From positions 34,864 through 98,863 of the forward strand of contig JACKFQ010000001.1 in NCBI GenBank assembly GCA_020632395.1: DNA of 64,000 nucleotides, in the 5' to 3' direction. The stretch is from Candidatus Nomurabacteria bacterium (GTDB lineage Bacteria > Patescibacteriota > Dojkabacteria > SC72 > JAHDCA01). This document shows positions 19,000-28,977 of the stretch, one piece after another (position 1 is the stretch's first letter; each line of letters opens with the position of its first letter). A program made the translations under genes and the position numbers. The notes beneath the pieces are model-generated. The model made no database searches and was not told where the DNA came from. It worked only from the letters and a program-made list of their open reading frames with translations.

Positions 19000-19593
19000 T
19001 TATTGAACGGTGTCTGGTGTGTCAGTATCTGTAGCCATCTGTTGTCTTAGCTTGATCAATTCAGGCTTAACATTTTCTTGGTAGAAGCTCCGAAGTTGAA
19101 GCATTTCCTTTTTTATATTCCTTAACTGCTCTCTGGCTTGTTCCAATGAGTTCCTCGTTCCGTCAGAGTCTTCATTACATATATTGGTTTTTGCATTTTG
19201 TATAGCAACTCCTAGCTGTTCCATTTCTTGATTGGTGTTTTGGATCTGTATCTGGAATAGATCAAGTTGTGTGCGAGCTTCTGTAGTGTCATAACCAGAT
19301 TTGTCGATCTGATCAAGTACCTCGCTTATCCGACTTACCATGTTTTGATATATATATTGATGGTTCTCATGATTTCGTTGGTACCGTGATAATATTGCAT
19401 CTGCTTTTAATATCGCACTTTCACATTTATAAACAGATCTCTGCTCGGTAGCATTTTCTTTCGCTGTATCTTTCTGCTCTGTTGTGGGAACTCTGTCTTT
19501 GGTGTTATTGGAACCTTGTTGAGCAGATACTGTTGCTATAGATAATGATGTTATAACTAAAGCAAATATTGCTATCTTGATTATACTTTTCAT
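19000..19593 (-). CDS. Secreted helical / coiled-coil protein of unknown function
   Basis: Signal peptide (IAIFALVITSLSIATVSAQQ); Q/E-rich heptad-like body; two Cys. Confidence 0.5.
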   Translation of the reverse strand: MKSIIKIAIFALVITSLSIATVSAQQGSNNTKDRVPTTEQKDTAKENATEQRSVYKCESAILKADAILSRYQRNHENHQYIYQNMVSRISEVLDQIDKSGYDTTEARTQLDLFQIQIQNTNQEMEQLGVAIQNAKTNICNEDSDGTRNSLEQAREQLRNIKKEMLQLRSFYQENVKPELIKLRQQMATDTDTPDTVQ

Positions 19594-19675
19594 TTGAAAT
19601 GGATTAAATTTAACACTTTCAATATAACATATCTTTGCTATACTTTGTCCAATATAGATAGTTTACGAACTCTTA

Positions 19676-20644
19676 ATGAAAGTTTCAGTTATAGGTGGTG
19701 GAACCGGTAGTTCTGCAGTAATAAACGGACTCAAATCGTATCCGGATATTGATATTGATGTCATAGTCGGTATGGCTGATGATGGTGGGAGTAACGCTGT
19801 CTTGAGAGACGAATTTGGATTATTACCGTTGAGTGATATACGAAAGAGTATTATAGCCCTCTCTACACTAGAAAATAGCGATATCCTCAGATCACTTTTC
19901 ACATATCGATTTTCCGAAGGAACAGGTCTAACGGGACATACATTAGGCAATCTAATAATGACAGCCCTCTCACGGATCAGCAACAGTGAGCGTAAAGCTG
20001 TGCAGGAGATGTGTGATATCTTTCAAGTAAGGGGACGTGTACTGCCTATAACATACGAAAATTATGTAATATCTGCAGAATACGACAATGGTATGATAAT
20101 TCATGGTGAGCATCTGATAGATGAGCCAAGTATCCCTGAGAGAACACATATCAAGCGTTTTTGGGCTGAACCTAAAGTTTCAGCTGATGCAGAGGCGTTA
20201 GGATCCTTAGAAAATGCAGATATGATAATCATCGGTCCTGGAGATATTTATACAACGATCCTTGCAACTATGATCCCTGAAAATGTATATCAGATATTGA
20301 GGAACGCCCAGGGGAAGATCGTCTATATCACCAATATTATGAGTAAGATCGGACAGACCAGATACCTCACTCAATCTCAGATAGTTTCTATACTGGAAGG
20401 GTATATAGGAAGATCCTTCGATCATATCATCGTAAATACCGAAACCATTCCTAAACATATCATTCAGTACTATCATCAGAGTGGTGAACATTTGTTGAAA
20501 GATGACCTCGGAGAAGATGAACGAATTATCCGTAAAGAGATCATTGCTGATGAGATTTTTAAAAAAGACGATGGAGATGTCCTTGTCCGCAGTATGGTGA
20601 GACATGACGCTGATATGCTGGGCGGGGTCTTGTACAAACTATAG
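19676..20644 (+). CDS. yvcK: YvcK/UPF0052 (CofD-like) gluconeogenesis factor
   Basis: VSVIGGGTGSSAVINGLK...VGMADDGGSNAVLRDEFGLLPLSDIRK matches the YvcK N-terminus. Confidence 0.85.
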   Translation: MKVSVIGGGTGSSAVINGLKSYPDIDIDVIVGMADDGGSNAVLRDEFGLLPLSDIRKSIIALSTLENSDILRSLFTYRFSEGTGLTGHTLGNLIMTALSRISNSERKAVQEMCDIFQVRGRVLPITYENYVISAEYDNGMIIHGEHLIDEPSIPERTHIKRFWAEPKVSADAEALGSLENADMIIIGPGDIYTTILATMIPENVYQILRNAQGKIVYITNIMSKIGQTRYLTQSQIVSILEGYIGRSFDHIIVNTETIPKHIIQYYHQSGEHLLKDDLGEDERIIRKEIIADEIFKKDDGDVLVRSMVRHDADMLGGVLYKL

Positions 20645-20688
20645 TCTCAAGTTATTCTTGGATAGTTTGATCTAATTAGGAAAATCGA

Positions 20689-22092
20689 ATGAGTAAAACT
20701 TCTGAGAAAAACAGAAAGACCACAGTAAGTAGAAAGAAAGGTACAAATAGAAAGGTAGTTGAGAAACAAAGCGGTAAAACTACAGGTACTGTCAACAGTA
20801 AAGTAGGTATCACATCTAACGTTCGCACGAAGAGAGATCAGAAGATCAACAAAAAGAAGATCAAACCCGAAGGGAGTAAAGCAAAGAACAGACCGGTAAA
20901 ACAGAAGAATACAAAAAGTGTTTCCACAAAAGACACAAGGACCAGAAAAAGATCTACTGTAAAGAAGATCGCTAATACAGTGAAAACACCTAATCCAAAA
21001 AAGTTGACCAAACGGACTCATAAGCCTAATTCGAAAGAAGCCTCTGTACAAAAAAATACCGTGGGAAATTCGATCAAAAAGGAAAGGTATCCAATTATCG
21101 ATCTCCTCAAAGCATTTGCTGCTTTATTGGTTGTACTGATCCATGTGACATCAAGATATAAAGGAAATGGTGCGCTGATGGCGGCTTTCTATGATTATAT
21201 CCATTTTTCTGTGGGGCTTTTTGTTTTAGCATCGGGTTTTTTAGCAGCGAATTCATATAGAAAGATAAGTAGTAAGACGGAGGTATGGAAATATCTTGTG
21301 AAAAAGTTCAAACGCATCGTTATCCCGTATTATGAATTTGCATTTCTGTTTGTTCTTGTCTCGGTTCTGTTCCTTGATAAAGATATTTCCAAATACCTAG
21401 GATTCGAGAGTATCAAGGATACACTCCTCTTAAGTGGAGGAGTCGGTAATAATTGGATCCCTAAGCTATTCTTCTCTTTTAGCATAATACTACTGATCGA
21501 TGGGTTCTTGGCCGAGAGGGTTAAGATGTTCAGAGTACTTTTGGTTTCAATAGTATTCTCAGGAGCTACTTATCTGATGACACGAACGCTTTCTATTCCG
21601 TACATCCATTCGAACCTATTTGGTTGGACACTTATACTATACGTTGGATTCTTCATGTATAAATACAATTCCCAAAAAACACTTCTCTCAACTATTGCGC
21701 TGTCAGGATCATTATGGTTCTTGTTACGTGCAATTTATGGGTATATGGGATTGGATAGTGGAATATTCACAAATAAGTATCCTCCAGATCTGTATTTTGT
21801 ATCTTACAATGTGTTCGCTTCTGCGATCGTTTGGAGTGTGGGCATGAACCTTTTACCGCTTCTTGAACGATCCAGATATCTAGTCAAGTTGATAAATTAT
21901 ATCTCAGCTAAATCATACGAAATATTCTTCTACCATCTTTTGATCATGGAAGTATGGAAATGGAAGGTAAATTGGTATGTTGATTGGTTCTTGATCGTGC
22001 TCATGTCACTATGTTTGGTATGGTTACTAGACCATATCAAAGCTCTTGTCATTAAGCCGTTTCAGAAAAAAGAGAAACCAACTAGATCTTGA
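20689..22092 (+). CDS. Acyltransferase family 3 (OafA-like) membrane protein with a ~125-aa Lys-rich N-terminal tail
   Basis: Low-complexity K/T/R-rich N-terminus, then YPIIDLLKAFAALLVVLIHV and about 10 TM helices. Confidence 0.7.
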   Translation: MSKTSEKNRKTTVSRKKGTNRKVVEKQSGKTTGTVNSKVGITSNVRTKRDQKINKKKIKPEGSKAKNRPVKQKNTKSVSTKDTRTRKRSTVKKIANTVKTPNPKKLTKRTHKPNSKEASVQKNTVGNSIKKERYPIIDLLKAFAALLVVLIHVTSRYKGNGALMAAFYDYIHFSVGLFVLASGFLAANSYRKISSKTEVWKYLVKKFKRIVIPYYEFAFLFVLVSVLFLDKDISKYLGFESIKDTLLLSGGVGNNWIPKLFFSFSIILLIDGFLAERVKMFRVLLVSIVFSGATYLMTRTLSIPYIHSNLFGWTLILYVGFFMYKYNSQKTLLSTIALSGSLWFLLRAIYGYMGLDSGIFTNKYPPDLYFVSYNVFASAIVWSVGMNLLPLLERSRYLVKLINYISAKSYEIFFYHLLIMEVWKWKVNWYVDWFLIVLMSLCLVWLLDHIKALVIKPFQKKEKPTRS

Positions 22093-23185
22093 GCGTTCTT
22101 GCTAAGAATCTTCCGATAAGATCCTCTTGTCTCTTTGCAGTTAGTCTTTCCGGGATCAGAATATCAAGGATAAGTGCAGTAATACTGACCACGAGCATGG
22201 CCAGGAGCTTCAATCTCGGGAAGAGTAGAAATACAATGATAAGAAAAGTGAAGTAGGTCACAAATTTTATTATGTCGTCCATATTTTCTTGGAAACCTCT
22301 AGTGAGGGCATGTTTAAGCACAGATTCTCTTTCCATTGCGGGATCTCCACGCCGTAATTCAGAAAAATACTGACGCGAATAAGCAAATACACGCAGAACT
22401 TGTCTTGTAACTTCTATCCCTACAGTCGCAAGAACTATATTTATTGTGACTTGCGTCATACCGTCAACAGTGAAGCCTCTTTGCATTAGATCATAACTAC
22501 CTATTTGAGCCGTTAAGTGGGTGTTTAAGCTCTCAGGGAAGAAAAAGATCTTTGTACTATCCATTGTGAGGAAGAAGATGAAGAGCATTACTTCAAAAGC
22601 GTCATTAAAATAACGTGTGAATCTCTGTGAATGGCTGAGAGGTCTATCATTCTCAGGTTGCGGTCTATTTAGAAAACCTACAAAAAGCATTGTCACCGAG
22701 CTTATCATTATTGTCATGAGAGTAACATCAGAAGTCTGTCCTACAGCCTTAAAGAGATAGAGAATAAAGATATATAAGAGTATCGCTGTGACCACCGCAT
22801 ATATTGGTATGAAGCGCAGAAAGAAGTCAGTGATAGCTTTGAGTATCCTACGAATAGTAAGACGGACTTGCTTCATGATCTCAAGTGTCGTTAGTGACCC
22901 ATTTATGACGCCTGTCAGAAGTTCTTTTGCCTGTTCCCTGAAACCTATCAATACTAATGCACTTACAATGATTAGCAGTAATGTGATCCCGATAAGAGTG
23001 TAACGGAGCACGATAAAGATCACCCTAAAAAGATCTGGTATTGTTAAAGCAAAGAGAACACATAGAAGTATGAATAACCCTACAGCTATTAGTATCAGAA
23101 CACCGTTTCCATCTTGATCTGATCTTCCAACTTTTACCGGTTGGGGATCTCTAAGAACCTTTGTATTACTGTCGACTTTCTCCAT
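22082..23185 (-). CDS. Polytopic membrane protein of unknown function
   Basis: 367 aa, about 8 TM helices, no recognised motif. Confidence 0.5.
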   Translation of the reverse strand: MEKVDSNTKVLRDPQPVKVGRSDQDGNGVLILIAVGLFILLCVLFALTIPDLFRVIFIVLRYTLIGITLLLIIVSALVLIGFREQAKELLTGVINGSLTTLEIMKQVRLTIRRILKAITDFFLRFIPIYAVVTAILLYIFILYLFKAVGQTSDVTLMTIMISSVTMLFVGFLNRPQPENDRPLSHSQRFTRYFNDAFEVMLFIFFLTMDSTKIFFFPESLNTHLTAQIGSYDLMQRGFTVDGMTQVTINIVLATVGIEVTRQVLRVFAYSRQYFSELRRGDPAMERESVLKHALTRGFQENMDDIIKFVTYFTFLIIVFLLFPRLKLLAMLVVSITALILDILIPERLTAKRQEDLIGRFLARTLKI

Positions 23186-23273
23186 ACTTTCAATTAAATA
23201 ACAATTACATACCTATCTGCAAAACAAGCAAATCATACCAACATCCCACACTAAATCAAGAAATATCGAAACT

Positions 23274-23888
23274 TCATCGTGTATCATTTAGCAATGTCAG
23301 CATACTAAGTCCTCCGATTAGAGTGAAAAGTGAAGCTACCAGAAATACATAGGAAAACGAGCCGGTTAATTCTACGAGCAATCCTCCGGCTACAGAGGCT
23401 AACGATCTTGTGATAGACAGGAACATATCAGATATAGCATAATTTTGTCCTTCTTTTCCTATGTCAACATATCTAGCAAATGTCTTGCGCCAAGCGGGTA
23501 GGTAAATTGCCGCCCCTATACCAAACAGTACATTTATCGCATATACCAAACTCACCGGTTAGACAAATTCATAACCCAAAAATGAAAAACTCATAATGAA
23601 CCCACCAAGTAACATAGCGTAGATCTCATCATGATAACTTCGATTGGAATCCATATACATAGAGAATGGTATCTGTAACAACCCTCGAGTTCCAAGGTAT
23701 ATCGCGGAACCGGTGGCGATCGCTGCTATTGCATGCACACCAAGTCTTTCAACCAAATGGATCGCTACTATAGAATTGAACAAGAACCATCCAAACCATA
23801 CAAAAGAGTCCCCAGCGGCTAATGTTCGTATCACCATATTCATTTTCAGTCCAGATAGTTGGTCCTTAAGAGATTTTCTGTTCTGCAT
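23274..23888 (-). pseudogene. C-terminal half of an MFS-type transporter, interrupted by one in-frame TAA stop
   Basis: ORFs 23559-23888 and 23274-23555 are in the same frame, separated only by TAA at 23559-23561. Together about 205 aa with six MFS-like TM helices. No N-terminal half precedes it. Confidence 0.4.
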
Positions 23889-23958
23889 ATGCTAAAGTTA
23901 TACTGTAACTATTTATATATCAAGTTAATACAACGTAAAATCATAGATTAAAGGCATT

Positions 23959-25716
23959 ATGGTCAAAGAATTTACTGTACTGGAAAAGATCCCAGAACCA
24001 CCGAAGCCAAATGTACCACGGGCGATTCTCACGGCTTTTATACTTAGTATTGTACTTACCCTCGGATATGTGATGTTCACTCACAAAGATCCTGCTACAC
24101 TTCTCAGCCTATCCCTTTACAAAGATCCTATCTCAAGTATCAATTTCCCGTCATACAGTTACTATATCGATGAAAGTGTGTCCCCCCTCTTGTCAGGCGA
24201 GATCAGAACTGCTCTTGAGCAAGTCATTTGGGAAGGTAATCGTAGATATATCGAAGTAACCGCAGATAGAAAACAGGATGCAGATATCATTTTTACCTCG
24301 GAATTTCCTGAAGACTCCGATTTACCCGTAGATGATATTGAAACATTTGATATCGTAGACACTAAATACCTTCCGGTGGCATCTTTCTATGCTGTGGAGG
24401 ATTCGATATTGCTTTCAGAGGTTCGAAATAAGGAGTTGTGGGCATATCCTAATGATGCAGACATGGTCACAACATTACTTGAAGCAAATTCTATATCAGA
24501 TGTAGTTGTAAATGAGATAACTAACGACATGACCTTAGACGATATCCTACTTGATTCTCCCAGTAGAATAGCATTTGTTACACCAGACAGATTAGTTCCT
24601 ACTGTGAAGCTTTTGTCTTTGGATGGAGGGTATTTTCTTGAAGATCATGAAGGTGTTCTCAGTTTGAACGCAATCTTTTACGCACCCGAGGGATCTGAAA
24701 TTCCCACACAATTACTTAGGACAGTTCCAAAACACCTCACGGATTATCCTGTATCAGATGCTCCTATACCTGAGGATTATTTCTCGTTGCGCATGACAGG
24801 TGTCACTGCGATCAGTCGAAATCTTGCAATAAAGATCGAAAGGGCAGGGGATCCTACGTACCCGGCACAACATCTTGCCGAATTCTTAAGCTCTGCTGAT
24901 ATGACACATACCTCTAATGAAGTATCCTTTGTACCAGGTTGTGTACCTGAACAGAGTATGCGTTTCTGCTCTGCTTTAGACTATATAGAAACACTAAAGG
25001 TTAGCGGGATGGATATTATCGAACTCACCGGCAACCACAATAATGACTACGGCGCAGTTTATAACGTCAGTACCATCGAAATGTACGACGAATTGGGATG
25101 GGAACATTTTGGTGGTGGATCAAATATCGAAGACGCCGAAAAGATCCTTTATATAGATCAAAAAGATGGCGTCGTAGCGATGGTAGGTTACAATTACTAC
25201 GATACTATGCTAGGCACAGGAGCAATAGCAGGTGAGGATCGGGCGGGAGCAAACTCATATTCAGTAGAGAAACTACAACGCGATATCATAGAAGCCAAGA
25301 AAAATGCTGACTTTGTGATAGTTGATTTCCAATTTCAGGAGTGTTATTCGTATCCAGAATCCGACGTCATCTACCCAATATGCTACAAGCCTCTACAATA
25401 TCCAGACCAGAAAGCCGTTTTCAAACAAGCAATAGATCTCGGAGCTGATATGGTAGTTGGCACACAAGCACATCAACCACAAACATACGAGATATATAAG
25501 GGTAAATTGATATTTTATGGATTAGGAAATCTATATTTTGATCAGATATCATGGATCGGTACAAGACAAGGATTGATACTCACGCATTATTTTCTAAATG
25601 GTGTACATGTGCAAACCAAGATAGATACGACATTCTTAGGATTGGATATGAAACCTTATCTGACCTACGATGAAGATCGAGAGTTCTTTTTACAATTACT
25701 TGATGATGCTAGGTAA
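23959..25716 (+). CDS. Membrane-anchored CapA/PgsA-family metallophosphatase-fold protein
   Basis: N-terminal TM; C-terminal ELTGNHNNDYG, GTQAHQPQ and FYGLGNLYFDQ motifs. Confidence 0.65.
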   Translation: MVKEFTVLEKIPEPPKPNVPRAILTAFILSIVLTLGYVMFTHKDPATLLSLSLYKDPISSINFPSYSYYIDESVSPLLSGEIRTALEQVIWEGNRRYIEVTADRKQDADIIFTSEFPEDSDLPVDDIETFDIVDTKYLPVASFYAVEDSILLSEVRNKELWAYPNDADMVTTLLEANSISDVVVNEITNDMTLDDILLDSPSRIAFVTPDRLVPTVKLLSLDGGYFLEDHEGVLSLNAIFYAPEGSEIPTQLLRTVPKHLTDYPVSDAPIPEDYFSLRMTGVTAISRNLAIKIERAGDPTYPAQHLAEFLSSADMTHTSNEVSFVPGCVPEQSMRFCSALDYIETLKVSGMDIIELTGNHNNDYGAVYNVSTIEMYDELGWEHFGGGSNIEDAEKILYIDQKDGVVAMVGYNYYDTMLGTGAIAGEDRAGANSYSVEKLQRDIIEAKKNADFVIVDFQFQECYSYPESDVIYPICYKPLQYPDQKAVFKQAIDLGADMVVGTQAHQPQTYEIYKGKLIFYGLGNLYFDQISWIGTRQGLILTHYFLNGVHVQTKIDTTFLGLDMKPYLTYDEDREFFLQLLDDAR

Positions 25717-25722
25717 ACTTAG

Positions 25723-26763
25723 ATGATCAATAATAAAGGAAAAATTATGAAGAACCGAAAGATCAAAAGATACACGTCCGTTCTGCTATTTATTTGTTTT
25801 TTTGGTCTTGTGATCTTTTTGTCAACCAATATTAGACAGTCAAGTGAGAGTCTGAGTACCGAACAAGCAGATGCGCTATATGGAGGAACGACGAATCCGA
25901 CAGAGTATTTATATGCGGGGTATATCATGGATTATTCGTCACTTTTTGGTCGGGAGGTCTGTGGGGTAACATACCTGGAAAATGGAGTAGCTGTATCAGC
26001 CGCACACTGTTTTGAAGATGATAGGGTATATTTTTTAGGAGATGGTGTCATCTCTACATCACCCGATCAGAACGCACCGATCATTAGATATGAATTACAC
26101 CCGGAATGGAATTTTGATACATTGAGCAATGATATTGCGATCATAAAGTACAATACATCTTCGACATTCAATCCTATCACCACCAAACTAGGTTCACCCG
26201 ACATCAGCTGTGATTATGAAGTCATCGCATACGGCGCGACAGATCAGAAGGTGCTAAGCAATCAAGATTTGAGACGTAGTGCTACGATCTGTATTGAATC
26301 CATATCACAGGACAAGTTTTATCTAACCAGTCCTGATGGAGGAGTGTGTTTTGGTGATAGCGGCTCACCGATATTTCGTAAAGGAAGCGGAGAACTTGTT
26401 GGTGTAATGTCTGCGATCACAGCAACTAGTGAGCCGTATTCAGAGGATAACTGTTTTGTAAATAACGCAGCAGTTGCTACTAGGGTCGATGCATATTCAC
26501 AATTCATTGACGGAGCTGGTCAAGATCTGTTGTCTCAAGATTTCTGTACATCTGAGACACCTTCGTGTGCAGGAGGCGAAGGTTGTTATAGTAACCAATG
26601 CAGGAAACCAAATGATTTCCTGTATATCAGCGCGTTAGATTATCGATCGGCAAATTATGCCTTTGGAGATGCGTTGGGACTTGGGTTATTAGGTATCTTT
26701 GGGGTATTTGGAATTATCTTCATTGCGATCATTGTTCGTAGCTTCAGAAGAACATACTACTAG
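25723..26763 (+). CDS. Trypsin-like serine protease (S1 family) with N-terminal signal/TM and C-terminal TM anchor
   Basis: His VSAAHCF, Asp SNDIAII, Ser GDSGSP. Cys-rich CAGGEGCYSNQC segment, then a hydrophobic C-terminal helix and basic tail. Confidence 0.8.
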   Translation: MINNKGKIMKNRKIKRYTSVLLFICFFGLVIFLSTNIRQSSESLSTEQADALYGGTTNPTEYLYAGYIMDYSSLFGREVCGVTYLENGVAVSAAHCFEDDRVYFLGDGVISTSPDQNAPIIRYELHPEWNFDTLSNDIAIIKYNTSSTFNPITTKLGSPDISCDYEVIAYGATDQKVLSNQDLRRSATICIESISQDKFYLTSPDGGVCFGDSGSPIFRKGSGELVGVMSAITATSEPYSEDNCFVNNAAVATRVDAYSQFIDGAGQDLLSQDFCTSETPSCAGGEGCYSNQCRKPNDFLYISALDYRSANYAFGDALGLGLLGIFGVFGIIFIAIIVRSFRRTYY

Positions 26764-26830
26764 AAGATTTAACTCAGGTGAATTTGCTACTCTACTGCCA
26801 TTTATAAAGCACGCATGTGTACATATGATT

Positions 26831-26943
26831 TGCTGTCTAGCACGCTGGTGCTGTCTAGCACGCTGGTGCTGTCCGGTACACTGGTGCTGTCCGGTACGCT
26901 GGTGCTGTCCGGTACGCTGGTGCTGTCCGGTACACTGGTGCTA
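26831..26943. repeat. 18-bp perfect/near-perfect tandem repeat, about 6.3 copies (TGCTGTCYRGYACRCTGG)
   Basis: Two TGCTGTCTAGCACGCTGG units, then four TGCTGTCCGGTAC(A/G)CTGG units, between convergent genes. Confidence 0.9.
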
Positions 26944-27014
26944 TAAGAATCGACATAAATGAGGATCCCATACACTCATGAAGAGAGTATGAGTTCGATA
27001 GGAAATTTTGGGGG

Positions 27015-27812
27015 TTACTTTTTAGTTGAACCCTTTTCGTTTTTAGAAACTGTAGACCTTTTTCCTCCAGATCTACCTGTAAAGATCGAATCGATCTTGG
27101 TTCGTAGTTGTAATAGCTCACTTTGCATTTTCTGCATATCTGTCCTTTGTTTCTCTACATTTTGGGTGAATTTATAGAGTTTCTTTTGAGCTTTCATATA
27201 TTGTTCAGATTGTTTGCCTAATTCCCGGTTTGTTGCTATCAAGCGCCTATTTAACTCCCCTGTCAGAGAGTAATTCCGCTCATTATTTCTCTGATAGATA
27301 TATATCATGACCGTTATCAGAGCCATACTCGCATAATGTGATACCAACTGACTACTTGTGAATGGAGTTGAGATCAGTCCAATAGATTGTAGTGAGAGGA
27401 TAGTCGCAAGCAATGAAAATAGAATGAGACTTAGATATAAACCATTTCGACTTCCTATGAGGAAGAATATCATCCCAGGGAAAATATATGACCACATCAT
27501 TCCTTGATTCGCAAATCCTCCGCTCAATGTGTTGTTCATTACTAAAGCAGTAAGAACGATAGATCCTGTCAATCTGGTTATATTTGTTTTATTTGTTGTG
27601 ATCAGGTGGATCGTAGAAACCAATAGCGCAAAGGCGAACAGAAGCTCGATAAAACCATCTGCTTGATCACCCTGAGTTAGATTAAGAAAAGAATAGACTG
27701 CTAGAGCCGTGATCCCAAGTATGTTTATAAACATTAGGAATTGGGTCTCAACCCTTTTCATCTTATCCATATATACATCTGTAATGTATCCTTGTGGTCT
27801 CATTATCTTCAA
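27015..27812 (-). CDS. Membrane protein (5-6 TM) with a C-terminal coiled coil
   Basis: Hydrophobic N-terminal 170 aa; Q/K/E-rich C-terminal helix. Confidence 0.5.
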   Translation of the reverse strand: MKIMRPQGYITDVYMDKMKRVETQFLMFINILGITALAVYSFLNLTQGDQADGFIELLFAFALLVSTIHLITTNKTNITRLTGSIVLTALVMNNTLSGGFANQGMMWSYIFPGMIFFLIGSRNGLYLSLILFSLLATILSLQSIGLISTPFTSSQLVSHYASMALITVMIYIYQRNNERNYSLTGELNRRLIATNRELGKQSEQYMKAQKKLYKFTQNVEKQRTDMQKMQSELLQLRTKIDSIFTGRSGGKRSTVSKNEKGSTKK

Positions 27813-27834
27813 ATATAAAAATTATTATTTGGTA

Positions 27835-28839
27835 CTATTCATTGTCGATAAGTACCTTAGTATCGAGCATTGTGAGTTTGGTAAACTCCAGGTTGTTATC
27901 TTCGATCGACCGTAATTTCTTTTTATCAAGTTTTTTGCTCAAATATATCTCGCCAATTGATCTGATCATACTCACAATTCGCTGATCCAGACTGTTACTG
28001 TCTAATATCTCTCTGTCGTCTGCAAGGAGTATGAAACCCGACAAGAAATTATTGATCCGTAATCCAATAATTATTAAAGATACGACATCTGTATCATCAA
28101 ACAACTTACGGGAAAATTTGTATTTATTTCTGTTCTTTAGAGAGAGGACTAAATAATCCTTCTCATTAAGGGTGTTAAGTAGTTCTTTCTGGTGTGGGAT
28201 GTTTTCGAGTGCACCTTCTGCTAACAGTTTTGATCGTTTAAGTACAGCAAGAGCTGATATTGAGCTTGAGTATTGAGTTATGACAGGTTTTCGATCTGCT
28301 GAAACCTCGTAGACATATGCTCCTGAGATGACCAAGCGATCTCTGCACATATTGAGGAGCTTCTCAGCAGATTCATGGAGCGTAAGATCTCTTGATAAGT
28401 TGAATAATACATCTTCAAGATCATCCACAAAATTATTTAGTCTCCTTAAAGTTAGATTCGCATTTTGTGCCTGATCCCAGAAGTATTTTCCAGTCTCAGC
28501 AAGTGCAACTGCAAATACTGTGTAGATCACTAGGGTGAAAATAAACTGAGAGATATTTGGATGTAATGTAAACCTAGCAAATGCAAAGGCTTGAAGATCT
28601 ATCAACAAGATCTGAGATAGATAAACCCACCTGGGATGAAATATCCCGAAAAGAAGAACGATCGAAAAAGGTAGGAATAGGATCTCATCTGGAGAATTGG
28701 GCAACATAGCTTTTATATTGATCACGCCTATCATCGCTGTAAGTACCATCAAAAATACACTCGAGATAGGGGGGGTTGCCATGTGTTCAATAGTGAAGTG
28801 TTTATCTTTTGTACTTTGGAAAAGTTTTAGCAATTTCAT
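27835..28839 (-). CDS. Membrane-anchored GAF-like domain protein (possible sensor with no output domain)
   Basis: 4 TM helices, then a GAF-like region (ISGAYVYEVSADRKPV...VSLIIIGLRINNFLSGFILLADDRE). Confidence 0.45.
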   Translation of the reverse strand: MKLLKLFQSTKDKHFTIEHMATPPISSVFLMVLTAMIGVINIKAMLPNSPDEILFLPFSIVLLFGIFHPRWVYLSQILLIDLQAFAFARFTLHPNISQFIFTLVIYTVFAVALAETGKYFWDQAQNANLTLRRLNNFVDDLEDVLFNLSRDLTLHESAEKLLNMCRDRLVISGAYVYEVSADRKPVITQYSSSISALAVLKRSKLLAEGALENIPHQKELLNTLNEKDYLVLSLKNRNKYKFSRKLFDDTDVVSLIIIGLRINNFLSGFILLADDREILDSNSLDQRIVSMIRSIGEIYLSKKLDKKKLRSIEDNNLEFTKLTMLDTKVLIDNE

Positions 28840-28977
28840 TATTTTGGGGCAGACATGTAGTATTTAATACAATATATCATCAAATAGATGATCGTGTCAT
28901 GTATGAGGTGGTGGTTTGTAGGGATAGACTTATAGTAATTATGGTTATATAATTATATTATTTTTATCGAATACTAA

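Noticed and set aside
26831-26943. Possible CRISPR array
   Set aside because: The units are directly adjacent with no spacers, are only 18 bp long, and no cas genes are present.
26699-27121. Cys/Trp-rich (+) and Tyr/Arg/Thr/Ala-rich (-) repetitive ORFs
   Set aside because: These are products of translating the 18-bp tandem repeat and are not genes.
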